Positions 50,402 through 60,413 are shown, counted from the first letter of the stretch. The stretch is DNA of 61,570 nt from Bacteriovoracaceae bacterium (GCA_043721975.1 JAYSPR010000124.1:1-61570); one strand, 5' to 3'. A program made the numbers and translations. The notes: generated by a model from the sequence alone, not told the origin.

Positions 50402-51460
50402 ATGTCACAAATACTTTTTAAAAATCTAATTTCTTGGTCAGAAAGTCAGTATTCCGAATTGCCTTGGAGGCGAGAGAGAACTCTATACCGTACACTCGTT
50501 TCCGAAATTATGCTTCAGCAAACAACCGTTGGAACAGTTCTTAATCACTTTGAGAGATTCCTAAAAGTTTATCCAACTATTTTTGATCTCGCTCTGGCGA
50601 CTGAAGAAGATGTTTGTATTGAATGGAAAGGGCTTGGCTATTATAGACGGGCCAGAAGTTTAAGAGCACTCGCTATTCAAATCGTTGAAAAGCACAAAGG
50701 AAAAATTCCAACAACATTCGAAGAACTTTTAGTTCTAAAAGGAATTGGTCCTTATACAGCAAATGCTATTGTTGCCATTGGCGCAGATAAAAAAGCCTTA
50801 GCAGTAGATGCAAATCTGGAAAGAGTGCTTGCACGATTTTATGGTGTAAAAATTGAAAAAGGTCCAAAGCTTCAAAAAAAGTTGTGGGATGATTTCAAAG
50901 AAGAAAAAATTCTTCATGAAATTAACAAGCTCAGTGCGAGAGCTCTGAATGAAGCTTTTATGGATCTTGGTCGTATCGTTTGCCAGGCGAGAAAGGCATC
51001 CTGTGCGATTTGCCCACTTAACGAAAATTGCCAAGCTTTTAAAGCTAAATCTCCCCTAAACTATCCTCAAGTGACTTCAGAAAAAAAGAAAGCAGATTTA
51101 TCAATTAGTCTTTTGAGAGTGATTGTAACTCATAAAAATAAAGTTTTAGTTTATCAAAAATCAGAAAAAGAATGGCTTTCAGGTCAATGGGAACTCCCCA
51201 CATTTGTTCTTGAGACGAATGATGAAAAACTGATTCAATATCCATCAATAAAAAATAAAAAAACCTATCAAAAACTCCCTTCGATAAAATCTGGAATTAC
51301 AAAATACAGCATCGTTAATAGTATTTGCCATATGAGCTTAGAAGATTTTAAGGCATTAACAAAAGCACAAAAAATCGATTATCAGTTTAAAATAAATGAT
51401 AAAAAACTCAATCTCTCTTCTACTTGCATGAAAATTTTAAGTCGAGAGGTGGATTATTGA
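50402..51460 (+). CDS. mutY: A/G-specific adenine glycosylase MutY
   Basis: LPWR, VSEIMLQQT, WKGLGYYRRA, HhH LKGIGPYTA, VDANLERV and C-x6-C-x2-C-x5-C. Confidence 0.93.
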   Translation: MSQILFKNLISWSESQYSELPWRRERTLYRTLVSEIMLQQTTVGTVLNHFERFLKVYPTIFDLALATEEDVCIEWKGLGYYRRARSLRALAIQIVEKHKGKIPTTFEELLVLKGIGPYTANAIVAIGADKKALAVDANLERVLARFYGVKIEKGPKLQKKLWDDFKEEKILHEINKLSARALNEAFMDLGRIVCQARKASCAICPLNENCQAFKAKSPLNYPQVTSEKKKADLSISLLRVIVTHKNKVLVYQKSEKEWLSGQWELPTFVLETNDEKLIQYPSIKNKKTYQKLPSIKSGITKYSIVNSICHMSLEDFKALTKAQKIDYQFKINDKKLNLSSTCMKILSREVDY

Positions 51461-52241
51461 AGTTTTAAAAAAATGTAAACAAGACGGTGAAAAAGGATTT
51501 AAAGACTTTGTTCTCTATCTTGAAACAAAGCCCACTAAACTACGACAAGAAATTATTATCAATACTTATTTAGATGATCCTGTGTATGTAACGTGGGCAC
51601 TTAAAAATGTTGAAAGATTTCAATGGTTTTTTAAGTTAAACAAAGAGGAAGTTCAGAAGGTTTACCAAGCGTTTCCCAATGGGTTGAAGATTTTTTTACA
51701 GGCCCTGAAAAGTCATGAAAAAGAAATGGATTTTATTAATAACCATTTTTCTTCGCTGCTTTCAAAGCAGTATTTTGTCAGCCGAGATGTTGAAAAAATT
51801 AGTCTAGCTCAGCAAGAAGACAGCCGTTTAAAAATTATTCAACTCCTTTATACGTTCAGCGAAGAAGAAACTATCACTCCCAAAAATTGGATTATGCCTT
51901 CTCGAAATGTCTTAGATGGCTCTAGTCAAATGCTCGATAAGGAAGGCTACCTGAGACAGTTTTATGAAACTGGGGCTATTGCAGTTGTTGGTTTGATAAG
52001 TAAAAAGAAGCGAAGTGGAGAATGGAACATTTACTTTGAAAACGGAAAAACGTTCGCCGAAGGGCTTTATGTAGACGGACGGAAAGAAGGGACGTGGAAC
52101 TTCTATGCATCATCGGGAAAATTAAAACTAGTTGGACAATATCAAGATGATATTAGGCTTGGTGAGTGGAAAGAGTTTGATCATGCAGAGGATATTTTTG
52201 ACTCACTTTTGGCATCTCTTTCTTCAATGAAGCCAAAATAG
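51456..52241 (+). CDS. Helical N-domain plus C-terminal MORN/YwqK-like repeats (start uncertain; ORF track starts at 51582)
   Basis: GEWNIYFENG..EGLY.DGRKEGTWNFY..GK..GQY..D...GEW repeats; the frame is open from 51441. Confidence 0.75.
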   Translation: MEVLKKCKQDGEKGFKDFVLYLETKPTKLRQEIIINTYLDDPVYVTWALKNVERFQWFFKLNKEEVQKVYQAFPNGLKIFLQALKSHEKEMDFINNHFSSLLSKQYFVSRDVEKISLAQQEDSRLKIIQLLYTFSEEETITPKNWIMPSRNVLDGSSQMLDKEGYLRQFYETGAIAVVGLISKKKRSGEWNIYFENGKTFAEGLYVDGRKEGTWNFYASSGKLKLVGQYQDDIRLGEWKEFDHAEDIFDSLLASLSSMKPK

Positions 52242-52594
52242 CTACTCGAGCTTCGACACTACTCATAACAACTAGGCAGGATCTGACACCAGAGAAAAAG
52301 TTATCAGAAAATAAATATCTGGAGGACATAAAAATGATCGAGGAGCTGCGGCCGATAATATGTGGATCAGTCCATATTAAATTAAACCGCTCGAAAAAAT
52401 GGATTTAGCTCGAGGCTGTATCTTCACGATCAAATTCAAGGACTCAATTAAATTGCTCAACTTCCAGAAATTATTACATTGAGGAACTAAGCTTAAGATT
52501 ATTGGGTATGCCCTAACATAGTCAAAGATAAAAAAATATTATCAATTTCATATTATCCTTTAAATTGTAAATTCAATAACTACCTCTTTGAGCT

Positions 52595-54112
52595 TTACTC
52601 AGCTGAATTGGCATCTCCAAAATTTGCTGCTGGAAATACAATCCCATTAAGCGAAATCATATTAGTTGAACCAGTACTATAAAAAACGGTTCCCTCAACA
52701 TCGACAAGAATTGATCCAAACGCATATGTGTTGATGTTGTTCCCAGAGGCAACCATAAAAGAATAAGCTTTAGATGGCCTAAATCCTGGAGGCAATTGAC
52801 AAATTATAGTTCCCAGAGATGTAATAGAATTTTTAATTTGTCCGTTAAGGTAAATTAATCCATCCGGAGTCTTTCTAGCTGTAACATTGCCGTGGTTAAG
52901 AGTGTCGTAATTATTCCAAGAATTTAATAATTTTAATTGTTTGGTTGTACCGATTGTACCATTTCCAAAATCTACAATTTTTTCAGAAAAGTTTTCGTTG
53001 TAAGTTTGGCTTCTAATAATTACATCAAAGCAATCGTATTCAACTTTTATTCCAGTAGTTTTTGCTTTGTCGCTGACAAAGACATTGTTTTGAACATTTA
53101 AGCCTCGGCAGTTTGCCACCCTTAATCCCATTGAAGCATCAGATGATCCAAAAAATGAAATTAAATTTTCACCGATCACTCCACCGAACATAACTCCGAT
53201 CATACCAGAAATATTAATAACTGCACCGTCATTGAAATCACGAGCTCCGGGGGCTGCATTGTTTTCAATATTATTTCTTAAGATATTACAACGAGGGCCA
53301 CTTTCAATTTTAATCGCACCTTGAAACGATGTAATGTTGTTATCTATTATTGAAAGCATATTTGCACCTGGTACTAGATTGGCATGAATTCCAACCTGGC
53401 GCCCTGAGATAATGCAATTTCGAATTACATTAGAGTCCCCACTGCTATCAAGTCGAATGCCACCAGCTAAAATACAGTTATCAATGAGGGTACCATAAAG
53501 CCCACCGTTTTCATTTCCTGTGACTTTATCACCATTATTAATATGATAAAATGCATTTCCATTTCCTTGAGTCACTAGCACATTTTTCATAGTAAACTTA
53601 GCTAGATTCTGGTTTTTTCTAAGTGTTTTACATAAAATAGCATTTAAGCCTCTTCTGTAATACTGAGAAGGATCTCCAATCATTAAATTCTCAATTGATG
53701 TACTTAATTGAGCATCCACATGACTTTCTGAAGGACTAAAAACTAAAATTTGAGTTGTAGGTGTTACTAGATTTGAAGGAAGGATCACAGATCGATATGC
53801 ACCATCTCCAATGAGTTGAACAGGATGATAAAAATACAGGCAACTGTTCTCAACACCCTTTGGGCTTACTAGATAAATACCTTTTGGGAAATAGATAGTT
53901 CCCCCAATTTCTCCAAGACTATTAATCAAGTTTTGAATTGCAGTTGTATCATCGGTAATCCCGTCGCCGAATACTCCGTAGTCTTTAACGTTATGATAAG
54001 TACTATTCGTGCCCCTAGCAATAGCGGCTGTGGCATTGCCAGCACCAAGCGACATAGAAGTTATTCCAGAAGCTACTGCCAAGCCCAAAAAATCACGTCG
54101 ATTACTTTCCAT
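52595..54112 (-). CDS. Tat-exported right-handed beta-helix (pectate lyase 3 / tailspike-like) protein
   Basis: NRRDFL Tat signal; NVKDYG..GDG.TDDT.AIQ....GGTIYFPKG.Y; Asn-ladder repeats; C-terminal ICQLPPGFRP domain. Confidence 0.85.
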   Translation of the reverse strand: MESNRRDFLGLAVASGITSMSLGAGNATAAIARGTNSTYHNVKDYGVFGDGITDDTTAIQNLINSLGEIGGTIYFPKGIYLVSPKGVENSCLYFYHPVQLIGDGAYRSVILPSNLVTPTTQILVFSPSESHVDAQLSTSIENLMIGDPSQYYRRGLNAILCKTLRKNQNLAKFTMKNVLVTQGNGNAFYHINNGDKVTGNENGGLYGTLIDNCILAGGIRLDSSGDSNVIRNCIISGRQVGIHANLVPGANMLSIIDNNITSFQGAIKIESGPRCNILRNNIENNAAPGARDFNDGAVINISGMIGVMFGGVIGENLISFFGSSDASMGLRVANCRGLNVQNNVFVSDKAKTTGIKVEYDCFDVIIRSQTYNENFSEKIVDFGNGTIGTTKQLKLLNSWNNYDTLNHGNVTARKTPDGLIYLNGQIKNSITSLGTIICQLPPGFRPSKAYSFMVASGNNINTYAFGSILVDVEGTVFYSTGSTNMISLNGIVFPAANFGDANSAE

Positions 54113-54156
54113 AAAATATCTCCATAAATTATTTTTTACAATGTTTGATGTGAGCT

Positions 54157-54183
54157 TTATCGGCAGTAATGTCTCAATCTAAA
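54157..54183 (-). promoter_or_regulatory. Sigma-28 (FliA)-like promoter
   Basis: TTTA-15 nt-GCCGATAA about 45 nt upstream of the Tat gene. Confidence 0.55.
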
Positions 54184-54727
54184 TAAAATAATTAAACATG
54201 ATAAAGAAAAGTGAATTAGTAAAATGGTATGCTTGGTTTTTATATGTAAATCACGGAGCAAAGAGGATAACTATTAAGTGAAATACTTATATTCTTAAAT
54301 TGAGAGCATTTGATTGAAAAAAATTCTACAACTACTGCTTTAAGTATCCAAAACCGCAAAAGCTTTGTTGCAATGAACTTTATCTAATTGATTAGCCTAT
54401 CTATTTACATCTGCCCTGGATGCAAGACAAATTATTACCTTATTTCAAAAACAAATACGAATTTGTGAATGAAGCGAACTTTCACAATGAGACTAAATAT
54501 TGAAATATTGGGCTTCCTATTTTAGACGAAGCTGATAACATCGATTTATTATCAAACCGCACTAGTCATGGGTGAGAATAACTCTTTATGCCATTAAAAG
54601 GACACAAATTACCAAGCGTTTGTATGTATGGCATTTATTCAAGTATCTAATTTAATGGGCAATAAATTCCCTTCAACTATGAATGGTATGATTGTTTTAA
54701 GAATCTAAACATTTCCATAGGTTGATT

Positions 54728-57700
54728 ATGAATTTTAAGACTACGATCACAATTGTGATGCTAGCAACTGCTTTACTGAGTGGTTGCATTGCTAAAAGCA
54801 AGATCGATATTTCGATGAATAATTCTTCCAAAGAAAAGCGCACTGAAATTTTAAATCTTAGTGTGGCCACAGTTAAAATAGAAAACGATCAATTAATTGT
54901 GAATGGAACAAACCTCTCTGGGATTACTCAAGTGAAGCTCGTTAAAAATGGAGTCTCACAAACTTTTAGTGTTGAGTCTTCATCTTCTAATGAAGTTATT
55001 GCTAATGGTATTTCAGCTGTCACAGTTGGTGTTGGTCAAGTTTTTGATATGATTTTATCTACTGCAAATGCAGCTGCTACAGTGCCTGTTCTTTTTAGTT
55101 TAAATAATAAGAGTGTCACTGCCGCGATGCTGGCTAATATGGGAGCATTATCGGGACAAGTTCTAAAATTTAATGGAACGACTTGGGTACCATCTTCTTT
55201 GATCGATGCACAGTTATATAAAGGAACATGGAGTCCCGCGAGTCTTCTTCCTGATGTTAGTATGTCTTCACCAGGAGATTATTGGGTTGTCTCAGCAGCA
55301 GGAACAAATGCTGGTGATGGAGTCACTTACGCGATTGGTGATTGGATTATTTCTGATGGTTATGCTTGGAGCAAACTTGCTCTATCAAAAACATCAGTGA
55401 CAAGTTTTAACGGACGAAAAGGTTTAGTGAATTTAGTTCCGGGAGATTATCCCAATTTAAAAAGCGGATTAAAAATTCCTGGATCAAATTTAAATGACCT
55501 ATCAAACGTTGATATCATTACTGTCCCTCCAGTCGTGGGAGATGTTTTAAAATTTAATGGAACAAATTGGGTTGCTGGTGCTGGTGGTGCCGGAGGAGCT
55601 GGTTCTGTTGGTTCAACTGAGATCACGGATCTTTCGATTACTGGTGCAGACATTGCAGATAATACAATTAACCTAACGAAGCTTTACAGTTCATCCATTA
55701 ACTCTGCTTTATATTTAAGAGGAGATAAAACCTGGGCGAATTTTGCAGCAGATGTTTTAAATGTTCCTCTATCCACTTATACTTTGGATGCGACAACAAA
55801 ACCAACAGTCGGATTAACCGATAAAATTGGCGTGGCCTTTGGTAAGGTTCAAAAATTTTTAAATGACTTAAACACAGATTACATTTCTAAAACAGCGACA
55901 TCTCAAGTGGTATCGGGTACTTTTAGTTTCACTTCGCCGACATCATTTTTATACACCCAATTGCCAACAGGTGTGAGCCCTACAGAAGTGGCCAACGTTC
56001 AATATGTAAAAAATTATGTGGATGCAGCAGTTGCGACGACAGGTGGTTATGCACCAGGAACTCTGACAACAGTTAATGGAGCTCACACATCGGGAGATAC
56101 AACATTAACAGTTGTTTCAACATCGGGTTATCCAGCTGTGGGGACACTTTTAATTGGTGGCGAGGCGATTTCTTATACTGGCACAACCGCAACGTCGTTC
56201 ACAGGATTATCGAGAGGAGCTTTCGGTACGACTGCTGCTGGTATATCAAGTGGAGTTTCAGTTAATAATTTTATTTTACTTTCGAGATCAACGACTTCAT
56301 CGACCCCCAAGATGGTTGTTATGGGAACTGGCAATGTTGGAATAGGGACTTTATCACCAACAGCAAAATTGTCCATTGTAGGTAGTAACGGAACAACGGG
56401 TGACGCTCCTAGTGTGTTAAGTGTAATCGGTGGAACTGCCGCCAGTGGATATGGTGGAGCAATCACTTTACAAGCAGGAAGCGGAGATGGTGGAGGGAAT
56501 GTAAATATCCTTGCTGGTCGCCGTGATGGCGGTGGAGGAGCTGGGTCAGTTATTCTTAGAGGTGGATACTTTACAGGTACAGGGTCAGATAGTGGTGGTT
56601 ACTTATCTTTAGGTGGAGGTGGTTCAGTTAATTCTGGCCATGTCACTTTGAGTTCTGGGAACACAAGTGCATTAGCTAATTCAGGAAATCTTAATTTTTT
56701 AACTCCGAATAATGGTGGCGATTTTGGGTCTCAATCTGCTGGCGCCATAACACTTTCAACTGGAAACGGCTATACTTCTTCTCCGGGGGGAAATATTTCA
56801 ATCGCAGCTGGTAGTGGTGGCACATCTTCATCTGGTGGAGTCATTTCACTTACTGCAGGTGCAGGTGGATCTACTAATATTAATGGTTCAAATATCCTTC
56901 TTAATGGAGGCGCAAAGGGTGGTGCTGGAAATGATGGAAGCATTATTCTTGCAAATCTTAGAGGAAATGTAGGTATTGGAACTACTACCCCTAGTCAGTT
57001 ACTTTCTGTAGGAAGTGGAAGTCCTTTCACGGTGAGTTCTCTTGGTGACCTAGTGGGAAATAGTGCAGTTTTTGGTTCAGCAACGATCGCTCCAATTGTT
57101 ATTACTTGTAGTGGTTGTACACCAAATCCTGCTGGTCTCTATTCTTATAAAGGAGAGTACGGGGGAAAACATTATTATCAAAGAGGAACAGACAATTTTT
57201 ATATTTGGTGGGCCGGTGGGTTTGCTAATTATTTCTTAAGTGATTCATTAGGGCAGACTGCGACAGCTTGGTACAATCCTTCAGGTCTTAATCCACCAAT
57301 AACAACTTTATGGAATACAAGTAACGTTACTGGTGCAGCTGCTTCAACCGTTGGTACAGCTTCACTCGTTCAAATAGATATTGCTGGAAATATTATTGCC
57401 GGAGGAAAGCTGACGGTGCAAGGAACTTCTAGCAGTTCATTTTTAGGTGATGTAGGAATAGGAACAGCTTCTCCTTCGATGGCCCTTGATGTAGTCGGTA
57501 GTGGGAGATTTACTGGCCAAGTTTCAAATGGTTCACAAACAATTACTGGTGGGACAACTGCTATTAATTGGAATAACGGAAATGCCATTTCCACGGACTA
57601 TAATTGTAGCTCTCCATTTAGCTTTGCCAATTTACGCGATGGAGGATCTTACACTCTGGTAGTAACTGATGCGGGAACGACACAATGTAGTTTTAGCACA

Positions 57701-57841
57701 ACGATTACTGGTACAGGTGCTGGGACTGTCTCTTATCGATTCAAGCCTGCTAACGGTGCACGCACGGCTTCATCATATACAGTCTATACATTGATGAGAG
57801 TGGGAGCAGTCGTTTTAGTTTCTTGGACATCAGGATTTTAA
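54728..57841 (+). CDS. Phage-tail-fibre-like adhesin lipoprotein (resembles Bdellovibrio mosaic adhesive fibres)
   Basis: Lipobox LSGC; GQVLKFNGTTW and GDVLKFNGTNW, VTSFNGRKG, YLRGDKTW, three G(N/D)VGIGTxxP motifs, Gly-rich shaft, C-terminal INWNNGN...GGSYTLVV. Confidence 0.8.
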   Translation: MNFKTTITIVMLATALLSGCIAKSKIDISMNNSSKEKRTEILNLSVATVKIENDQLIVNGTNLSGITQVKLVKNGVSQTFSVESSSSNEVIANGISAVTVGVGQVFDMILSTANAAATVPVLFSLNNKSVTAAMLANMGALSGQVLKFNGTTWVPSSLIDAQLYKGTWSPASLLPDVSMSSPGDYWVVSAAGTNAGDGVTYAIGDWIISDGYAWSKLALSKTSVTSFNGRKGLVNLVPGDYPNLKSGLKIPGSNLNDLSNVDIITVPPVVGDVLKFNGTNWVAGAGGAGGAGSVGSTEITDLSITGADIADNTINLTKLYSSSINSALYLRGDKTWANFAADVLNVPLSTYTLDATTKPTVGLTDKIGVAFGKVQKFLNDLNTDYISKTATSQVVSGTFSFTSPTSFLYTQLPTGVSPTEVANVQYVKNYVDAAVATTGGYAPGTLTTVNGAHTSGDTTLTVVSTSGYPAVGTLLIGGEAISYTGTTATSFTGLSRGAFGTTAAGISSGVSVNNFILLSRSTTSSTPKMVVMGTGNVGIGTLSPTAKLSIVGSNGTTGDAPSVLSVIGGTAASGYGGAITLQAGSGDGGGNVNILAGRRDGGGGAGSVILRGGYFTGTGSDSGGYLSLGGGGSVNSGHVTLSSGNTSALANSGNLNFLTPNNGGDFGSQSAGAITLSTGNGYTSSPGGNISIAAGSGGTSSSGGVISLTAGAGGSTNINGSNILLNGGAKGGAGNDGSIILANLRGNVGIGTTTPSQLLSVGSGSPFTVSSLGDLVGNSAVFGSATIAPIVITCSGCTPNPAGLYSYKGEYGGKHYYQRGTDNFYIWWAGGFANYFLSDSLGQTATAWYNPSGLNPPITTLWNTSNVTGAAASTVGTASLVQIDIAGNIIAGGKLTVQGTSSSSFLGDVGIGTASPSMALDVVGSGRFTGQVSNGSQTITGGTTAINWNNGNAISTDYNCSSPFSFANLRDGGSYTLVVTDAGTTQCSFSTTITGTGAGTVSYRFKPANGARTASSYTVYTLMRVGAVVLVSWTSGF

Positions 57842-59799
57842 TGAACATATTTAAATCTTTAGTTATTTTTGTTATGACGATATTCTCTTTTGCAAGTTTT
57901 GCAGGAGTTGGAAGTAATTTTTTATTTTTTCCCTTACCGGGACTAAAAAAATTAGTTTTCACCACTGCTCCACAAAGCATACTTGCCTCATCTTGCTCGG
58001 CCCTTATCACTGTTAAATCTGTAGATGGCGCTGGAGCTACTTTAAATGTTGGAACGGATTTAACTGTCAGCTTAGCTGCAGCTAGCCCTTCAATGACTTT
58101 TTATTCAGATGACGATTGTTCTTTGCCAATATCGACAACTGTTATTTCAAATGGAACAAGCACATCCAGTTTTTATATGGTGAATTCTGCCGCGGGCGGA
58201 TTAGATATAAGTGCTCTGGCCTCTAGTTACGAAAGTGCAGTTCAATCTCATACTTTTCTAGCAAATAATTTTATATGGACTGGTGGCGGTGGAAATGCCA
58301 ATTGGTCTACAGCGAGTAATTGGTCTGGCGGAATAGTTCCAACTGTCAGTGATAGAGCAACCTTTGATGCCACTTGTGTAACTAATTGTTCACCTACCAT
58401 CACATCAACAACAACTGTGGGTGGAATTCGAATGTCACTAGGTTTTAGTGGAACTATTACCCAAGGAAGTGGTGCTGTATTTAATGTAAGCAATTTAGGT
58501 TGGGTGCAAGTCGCAGGTGCTTTTGTGGGTAGTAGCACTGGCGATGCCATGAATTTGACTGGAACCCGTCTGACACTAAGGGGTGGGAATTTTACAGCAA
58601 CATCTGGGACAATGACCATCAACACTGATTTTAATACCGGATGGGGTGGAACAGTTTACGAAACAATTACAGCAGCGGTTGGCTTTAGTCACAACAGTGG
58701 AAATATCGTGTTCACGACCTGGCTCACAGGAAATATAAATATTGATTTTGCTGATTCTATTAATCTTTGGAATTTAAGTCTAAGGTACACACGTCATGAT
58801 GTGAATACGACTTATAATGTTCCGACAACAACAACACTTTCAGTCTTAAATGATTTCACTATTGGGAACACGGGGCCTGGAGGTAATGTTCGAGTAAAAG
58901 GTGGCGCAATAAATGTTGCTGGAAACCTATATGCAACCGATAATGCAAGTTCGGGATCGACAATTATAAAATTAACATCAACTGGAAACCAAACTTATTC
59001 TTGTATAGCGACAGGAATTTTTCCACAGATAGAAATTAATAAACCTTCTGGAACAGTAACTCCTGCGGCGGGAGTGACGGATTGTGGATTTTCCAATTTC
59101 AAACTTTTACAAGGAAGTTTTACAGCTGTCACAGGTCAAATCGTTATAGACACATCTGAAGTAACTGGTTGGTATGCTTATTCACCTACTTTTGAAATCG
59201 ATGCAGGCACAACTTTTAATCATAATAGTGGAACATTCACTTTAACAAATTATTATGGTGGTACAATCAATGTGAATGTTGATGATTCGATTAATTTATG
59301 GAACTTCGGACTTAGGTATTCAAGACATGATTCCAATGTTACTTATGCTCTTGCAACGGGAAAAATTATCACCGTGGCCAATGATCTCACCATCGGAAAC
59401 ACCGGGACGGGCGGATACGTTGTAACGAATGGTGGGAAATTAAATGTAAAAGGTAATATATCAATTGCCAATAATGGTGGAGCTGGAAGTACACCAATAA
59501 AAATTTCAGGAACTGCAACACAAACCTACACGGTGGCTTCAGGATCGACGCCTCCACAAGGTATTCACACCGTTAATAAATTGACTGGAACTTTAGTTTT
59601 AGGATCAAATCTTAATGTGAGCCTCTCATCAAATGCGTTTACACTTCTTAAGGGTAGTGTAGATTTGGCAGGCTTTGACTTGACCGTATATTCAATATCT
59701 TTAAATGCAAATACATTAACCAAAAATGCAGGAGTCTTGACTGTCGGTGGAAGTGTTGTTGGTACAGGTGCGCTCTACGGTGGGACAGTTGATCCTTAG
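57841..59799 (+). CDS. Secreted beta-rich adhesin-like protein with an internal duplication
   Basis: TAATG coupling to the fibre gene; signal peptide; WTGGGGNANWSTASNWSGG.VP motif; Thr/Gly/Asn-rich. Confidence 0.8.
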   Translation: MNIFKSLVIFVMTIFSFASFAGVGSNFLFFPLPGLKKLVFTTAPQSILASSCSALITVKSVDGAGATLNVGTDLTVSLAAASPSMTFYSDDDCSLPISTTVISNGTSTSSFYMVNSAAGGLDISALASSYESAVQSHTFLANNFIWTGGGGNANWSTASNWSGGIVPTVSDRATFDATCVTNCSPTITSTTTVGGIRMSLGFSGTITQGSGAVFNVSNLGWVQVAGAFVGSSTGDAMNLTGTRLTLRGGNFTATSGTMTINTDFNTGWGGTVYETITAAVGFSHNSGNIVFTTWLTGNINIDFADSINLWNLSLRYTRHDVNTTYNVPTTTTLSVLNDFTIGNTGPGGNVRVKGGAINVAGNLYATDNASSGSTIIKLTSTGNQTYSCIATGIFPQIEINKPSGTVTPAAGVTDCGFSNFKLLQGSFTAVTGQIVIDTSEVTGWYAYSPTFEIDAGTTFNHNSGTFTLTNYYGGTINVNVDDSINLWNFGLRYSRHDSNVTYALATGKIITVANDLTIGNTGTGGYVVTNGGKLNVKGNISIANNGGAGSTPIKISGTATQTYTVASGSTPPQGIHTVNKLTGTLVLGSNLNVSLSSNAFTLLKGSVDLAGFDLTVYSISLNANTLTKNAGVLTVGGSVVGTGALYGGTVDP

Positions 59800-59930
59800 T
59801 TTTGTTTAGTGCCTCAGGAATTTGTCAAAGATAAGTCTAATAATATTCATATTGAATTTTTAAAGCTTTGAATTTTAATAAACTTAAGTTCGCCTTTAGT
59901 ATGAAACATAACAATTTCATGAGAGGTCTA

Positions 59931-60413
59931 GTGAAAGAATTTAATTTAAACGACAAAGATTTAGAAGAACTTATGGCCGTTAAAATAATAGGTCTTGAGG
60001 GTGAGGTCGCCGAGCTTAGGGAGCTTCTCTCAAAAGGCCCAGTCGTTTTTAATTTCGTCGTGGGCACATGGAGCCCCTTGTGTTTAAACCACATTAAAGG
60101 CCTTACTGAGTCAATGAAACAAAGAAACCATACAATGGTCCTCATCTCAAGTGAACCGGCCTCTAAAATCGATTCTGAGTTCGAAAAGTCGGTTCTCTGG
60201 CTAAGCATGAATAATTTAGATTTAAAATATTTGTCTGATTCAAGTCGTAAAATGATTGCACTTTTTAGATTAAAAGTTCCCGCCTTTGGATTTTCAAAAC
60301 CTGCTACTTTTCTCATCAACCAAAGTTCAATTTTTGAAATCTCTGCTGGTGTTCCCAACGATTCAAAGGCCGTGTGTAGTATGAGTTATTATGCAAAAGG
60401 AATTGCAGCATAA
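59931..60413 (+). CDS. Peroxiredoxin/AhpC-TSA-like thioredoxin-fold protein (start uncertain, 59868-59931)
   Basis: KGPVV.NF..GTWSPLC, VLISSE, YLSD and PATFLI; SxxC in place of CxxC. Confidence 0.7.
   Translation: MKEFNLNDKDLEELMAVKIIGLEGEVAELRELLSKGPVVFNFVVGTWSPLCLNHIKGLTESMKQRNHTMVLISSEPASKIDSEFEKSVLWLSMNNLDLKYLSDSSRKMIALFRLKVPAFGFSKPATFLINQSSIFEISAGVPNDSKAVCSMSYYAKGIAA

Noticed and set aside
52330-52407. 24-aa ORF with a GGAGGA SD and a nearby GCCGATAA
   Set aside because: Too short, the -35 spacing is wrong, and it is more simply part of a degenerate remnant.
52595-59799. Prophage or tailocin
   Set aside because: No integrase, capsid, tube, sheath, baseplate or lysis genes; the fibre-like proteins carry cellular export signals.
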